Below are positions 61,521-64,000 of a stretch of 64,000 nucleotides of DNA, in pieces. Positions within the stretch are counted from its first letter, which is position 1; each line of letters opens with the position of its first letter. The notes under the pieces are model-generated. The model saw nothing but the letters and a program-made list of their open reading frames with translations, had not been told where the DNA came from and did no database searches. Source of the DNA: Alteromonas sp. (GTDB taxonomy: Bacteria; Margulisbacteria; Marinamargulisbacteria; UBA6595); NCBI GenBank assembly GCA_964220215.1, contig CAXPTH010000023.1, positions 14,218 through 78,217 of the forward strand, written 5' to 3'. Both the position numbers and the translations under genes were made by a program.

Positions 61521-64000
61521 ATGACTAACTTTACAACAAACGTAGCAGCAAAAGGACCAGGATCAGGAATAGCATCAAGACAACTAGAACCAAGACAATC
61601 AGAATCAAGAGAACCAGCAAGAGCAGTAGAATTAAGACAAACAAAATCAATAGGACCAGAAGCAGTTGTTGTGCAATTAGCACCAACCCATACAAAACAT
61701 ACAGAGCGTAAACCAACGCCAGACAGTTATGCTGGTATGCAAGATAAATTGCGTGATCCGGCGCATTCGACTTCAGAAGATTATAAAAATGGCAATAACA
61801 TAATAATTAGGGCGCTCAATCGTCTAAATGAAGACACTAGTCCCAAACCAAGAGTAGATCGTCAATTCAGGCGTATGCTTAAAGAAATATTAGACCTTCG
61901 AGAGGATAGCTGTTGTCTTGAAAATGAACCAGCCAACGGTATTCCCGCAAGACACCAGTGGGTTCAAGATTTTGAAAACGGCCTAAAATCTAAACTAGAT
62001 AATTCTTCAAATCTAAAACTAACGCACCTTACAAGGTTCATTAAGAAAACATACATTGAAGCCATAGCTGCACATCAGCTTGATCGTGTAAAGGAAGAAA
62101 ACCCTGCTCTTATTACTGGAATTGATCATATAAAAACTAAACTAATCACGGATAGAAATTTTGATAAGACTGAACAATGGGTTGAGTGCCTTGAACTATT
62201 CTGCGATGAGTTTATTAAAAACCAAAAAATTGCTGATACTATCAAAGAAAAACTAACCGCTTCTGATATCCATAACTATCTTTTGAACACTAAAACTAAG
62301 CGTGCGGATTTTAAAAAAGCCAAGGCCCTTAGCCAATCTTTTACAATCACGAGAAAACTTAGGTCCCCAAGTCCAATACACACCATAGTCAAAAAACAAA
62401 CGAAGACATTAATCCAGAATTTCCAGGACCACTGTAAGGAAGGGTTAGATAACAGCGACCTCAACGATGCTGTCCAGGAACTTATTAACTGGGACAATGA
62501 GCATCCCGGTTCAAAATGGATGCTCGATCTGGAGCGAAGAGCACAGAAGTTAAATATTGACAGGAAAAACCCTCCTAAAAGAATACAATGGAAAACAACG
62601 AAATTCATCTCCAAAAAAGATGGTCAAGCAACCCAAAAAACCACGCTGGATGAAGAAACCTTAAAGTATTACCAAGGTCTAGAGAAAGAAATAGAAAGAC
62701 AGGAAACTATTAATGCTTTAGAATCAATAACTCAACAATTTAGCAGCAATGAGACACTTGCGGAGTCTCTTAATAGTGAAATTGAGAGTCTAAAAACCCC
62801 CGGCGCACCAATGAACTATGCGCTTAGAAAAGACCGTGACGGCATCATTACAATTTCGCGTACTTCAGAGACAAACCCAGATCTTGAAAAGTTAATTCAA
62901 GAATATAATAATGAAATAAAAAACACTAATGGCCATGATAGGGGTGTAAGTTTGCCGGGAGTATTTTTTTCAGCCTTGTTAATGGGACAAGGAGCTGCAG
63001 CTATATCAAACATGGCATCAGGTCCTGAGACACTCCCTGCAGGCAAACAGTTGGTCAAATCCCCGACTGGTGTTCCTTCTCATGTCCACAGTGGTTTTTC
63101 TGCCCCAATTAATTTTGCCCAGGCTGCCCAGGCTCCTGGCTTCCCTTTCAGTCAGGCCATTTCAGCCCACCCCCGCCAATTGGGTGATAATTACAATAAC
63201 GTTATTAGTCAAATAGTCGGTGGTAATGTAGACTACGGCGTTTCAGACTTAGCCTTGGCCATAGTTTTAGATAACTATAACAATCCAGGAAATGATGATG
63301 ATATCCGTAATCAAGCGATCGACAACATTGAGTTAATCAAAGGTCTGCTCAATGACTTAATAGGGGATAGCGATATAGAAACCGTTCTTAGCGAACAGGG
63401 TATATTGGGTGATAATAAGACCGACTTATCTGATCCGACTAACTACATGGCTTTGTTACAAGTAGCTAATAATACTTTGCATGATGATACTTTGCCTGAT
63501 AATTTTAATCTAAGACAGACAATACAAGCTATTGTAGCAACAACCACCACCATTACAACAACGGTTAGCTATGCTGTAGATGAAGCAAATGGACCAGCCA
63601 ACAGCTCCAACGTATCCGTCTCCACCCCCGACCGATGCGTAGATTTCGAATTTAACTGTGGGAGAAACTTAACAGCGAATGAGCTTAGTCAAGTTCGGAA
63701 TATATGTCAAGAATTGGCTAATAACCAAACCCTCAACGGAACTGAACTAAATGAACAAGCCTGTGATGCAGTCGCACAGATCACAGGAACCAACACCACC
63801 GCCACCACCACCACCGCCACAGGAACCACCACCACGGTAACCGTCCAAACCACCGACCGATGCTTAAAGTTAGAATTTGACTGTGGGAGAAACTTAACAG
63901 CGAATGAGCTTAGTCAAGTTCGGACTAAATGCCAAAAATTGGCTCAGAACCAAACCCTCAACGGAACTGAACTAAATGAACAAGCCTGTGATGATCTCCA
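61521..64000 (+). CDS. Large orphan protein (>826 aa, runs off the right edge) with Cys/Thr-rich repeats
   Basis: GGAGG RBS then ATG 61521; manually read open frame to the window end. Not in the ORF track because it has no stop here. Confidence 0.88.
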   Translation, partial: MTNFTTNVAAKGPGSGIASRQLEPRQSESREPARAVELRQTKSIGPEAVVVQLAPTHTKHTERKPTPDSYAGMQDKLRDPAHSTSEDYKNGNNIIIRALNRLNEDTSPKPRVDRQFRRMLKEILDLREDSCCLENEPANGIPARHQWVQDFENGLKSKLDNSSNLKLTHLTRFIKKTYIEAIAAHQLDRVKEENPALITGIDHIKTKLITDRNFDKTEQWVECLELFCDEFIKNQKIADTIKEKLTASDIHNYLLNTKTKRADFKKAKALSQSFTITRKLRSPSPIHTIVKKQTKTLIQNFQDHCKEGLDNSDLNDAVQELINWDNEHPGSKWMLDLERRAQKLNIDRKNPPKRIQWKTTKFISKKDGQATQKTTLDEETLKYYQGLEKEIERQETINALESITQQFSSNETLAESLNSEIESLKTPGAPMNYALRKDRDGIITISRTSETNPDLEKLIQEYNNEIKNTNGHDRGVSLPGVFFSALLMGQGAAAISNMASGPETLPAGKQLVKSPTGVPSHVHSGFSAPINFAQAAQAPGFPFSQAISAHPRQLGDNYNNVISQIVGGNVDYGVSDLALAIVLDNYNNPGNDDDIRNQAIDNIELIKGLLNDLIGDSDIETVLSEQGILGDNKTDLSDPTNYMALLQVANNTLHDDTLPDNFNLRQTIQAIVATTTTITTTVSYAVDEANGPANSSNVSVSTPDRCVDFEFNCGRNLTANELSQVRNICQELANNQTLNGTELNEQACDAVAQITGTNTTATTTTATGTTTTVTVQTTDRCLKLEFDCGRNLTANELSQVRTKCQKLAQNQTLNGTELNEQACDDL
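63630..64000 (+). repeat. Coding tandem repeat with 225-bp (75-aa) period and four conserved Cys per unit
   Basis: GACCGATGC...CTGTGGGAGAAACTTAACAGCGAATGAGCTTAGTCAAGTTCGGA...AACCAAACCCTCAACGGAACTGAACTAAATGAACAAGCCTGTGATG at 63630 and 63855; second copy truncated by the window edge. Confidence 0.95.

Noticed and set aside
61531..61716. Extremely hydrophobic 61-aa minus-strand ORF (toxin-like peptide)
   Set aside because: It follows automatically from the run of A-ending codons on the plus strand; no independent RBS or promoter seen, so it is not called as a gene.
1..64000. rRNA, tRNA, integrase/transposase, prophage, or an alternative genetic code
   Set aside because: None recognised. Intergenic gaps are short, and conserved genes end at TAA, TAG and TGA at their expected lengths under the standard bacterial code.

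Overview
Bacterial chromosomal window made mostly of housekeeping genes. It contains murF-ddpX, gpmI-tyrS, a ~21 kb minus-strand run (S10-spc-alpha ribosomal protein cluster continuing into truA-rplM-rpsI-serA-htpG-TPR-lptC-like-rluB-like-cinA), bioA-secG-omp85, dxs-pdxJ, tig-clpP-clpX-ileS-pfkB-methyltransferase-pcrA, tgt, murC-murB-ddl-ftsQ-ftsA, and fprA/ferredoxin-nadA. The ribosomal cluster starts at rplC and lacks rpsJ, rpmD, infA and rpsD. That order, a cyanobacterial-type HtpG and diderm markers suggest (inference only) a non-photosynthetic relative of Cyanobacteria such as Margulisbacteria. Three accessory regions stand out. (1) An AT-rich ~4 kb defence islet (7.9-12.0 kb) carries a GIY-YIG/DUF4357 gene and an NgoAVII/CglI-like methylase plus PLD nuclease with no helicase subunit, alongside three decayed relics (DUF1016, XRE-HTH, KilA-N) that each retain a palindrome inside their coding sequence. 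(2) An orphan membrane-anchored trypsin-like protease has a near-consensus leaderless promoter. (3) At the right end, an SLH/beta-barrel outer-membrane gene is followed by a >826-codon orphan ORF missed by the ORF track; it has 41 consecutive A-ending codons, an internal hydrophobic segment, and Cys/Thr-rich 75-aa repeats dense in N-x-S/T sequons, making it a candidate host-interaction protein. Other oddities are a ClpX with no zinc-binding domain and many leaderless or very short-leader promoters. No rRNA, tRNA, CRISPR array, integrase or transposase was recognised. All family assignments come from motif recognition by eye, not database searches.
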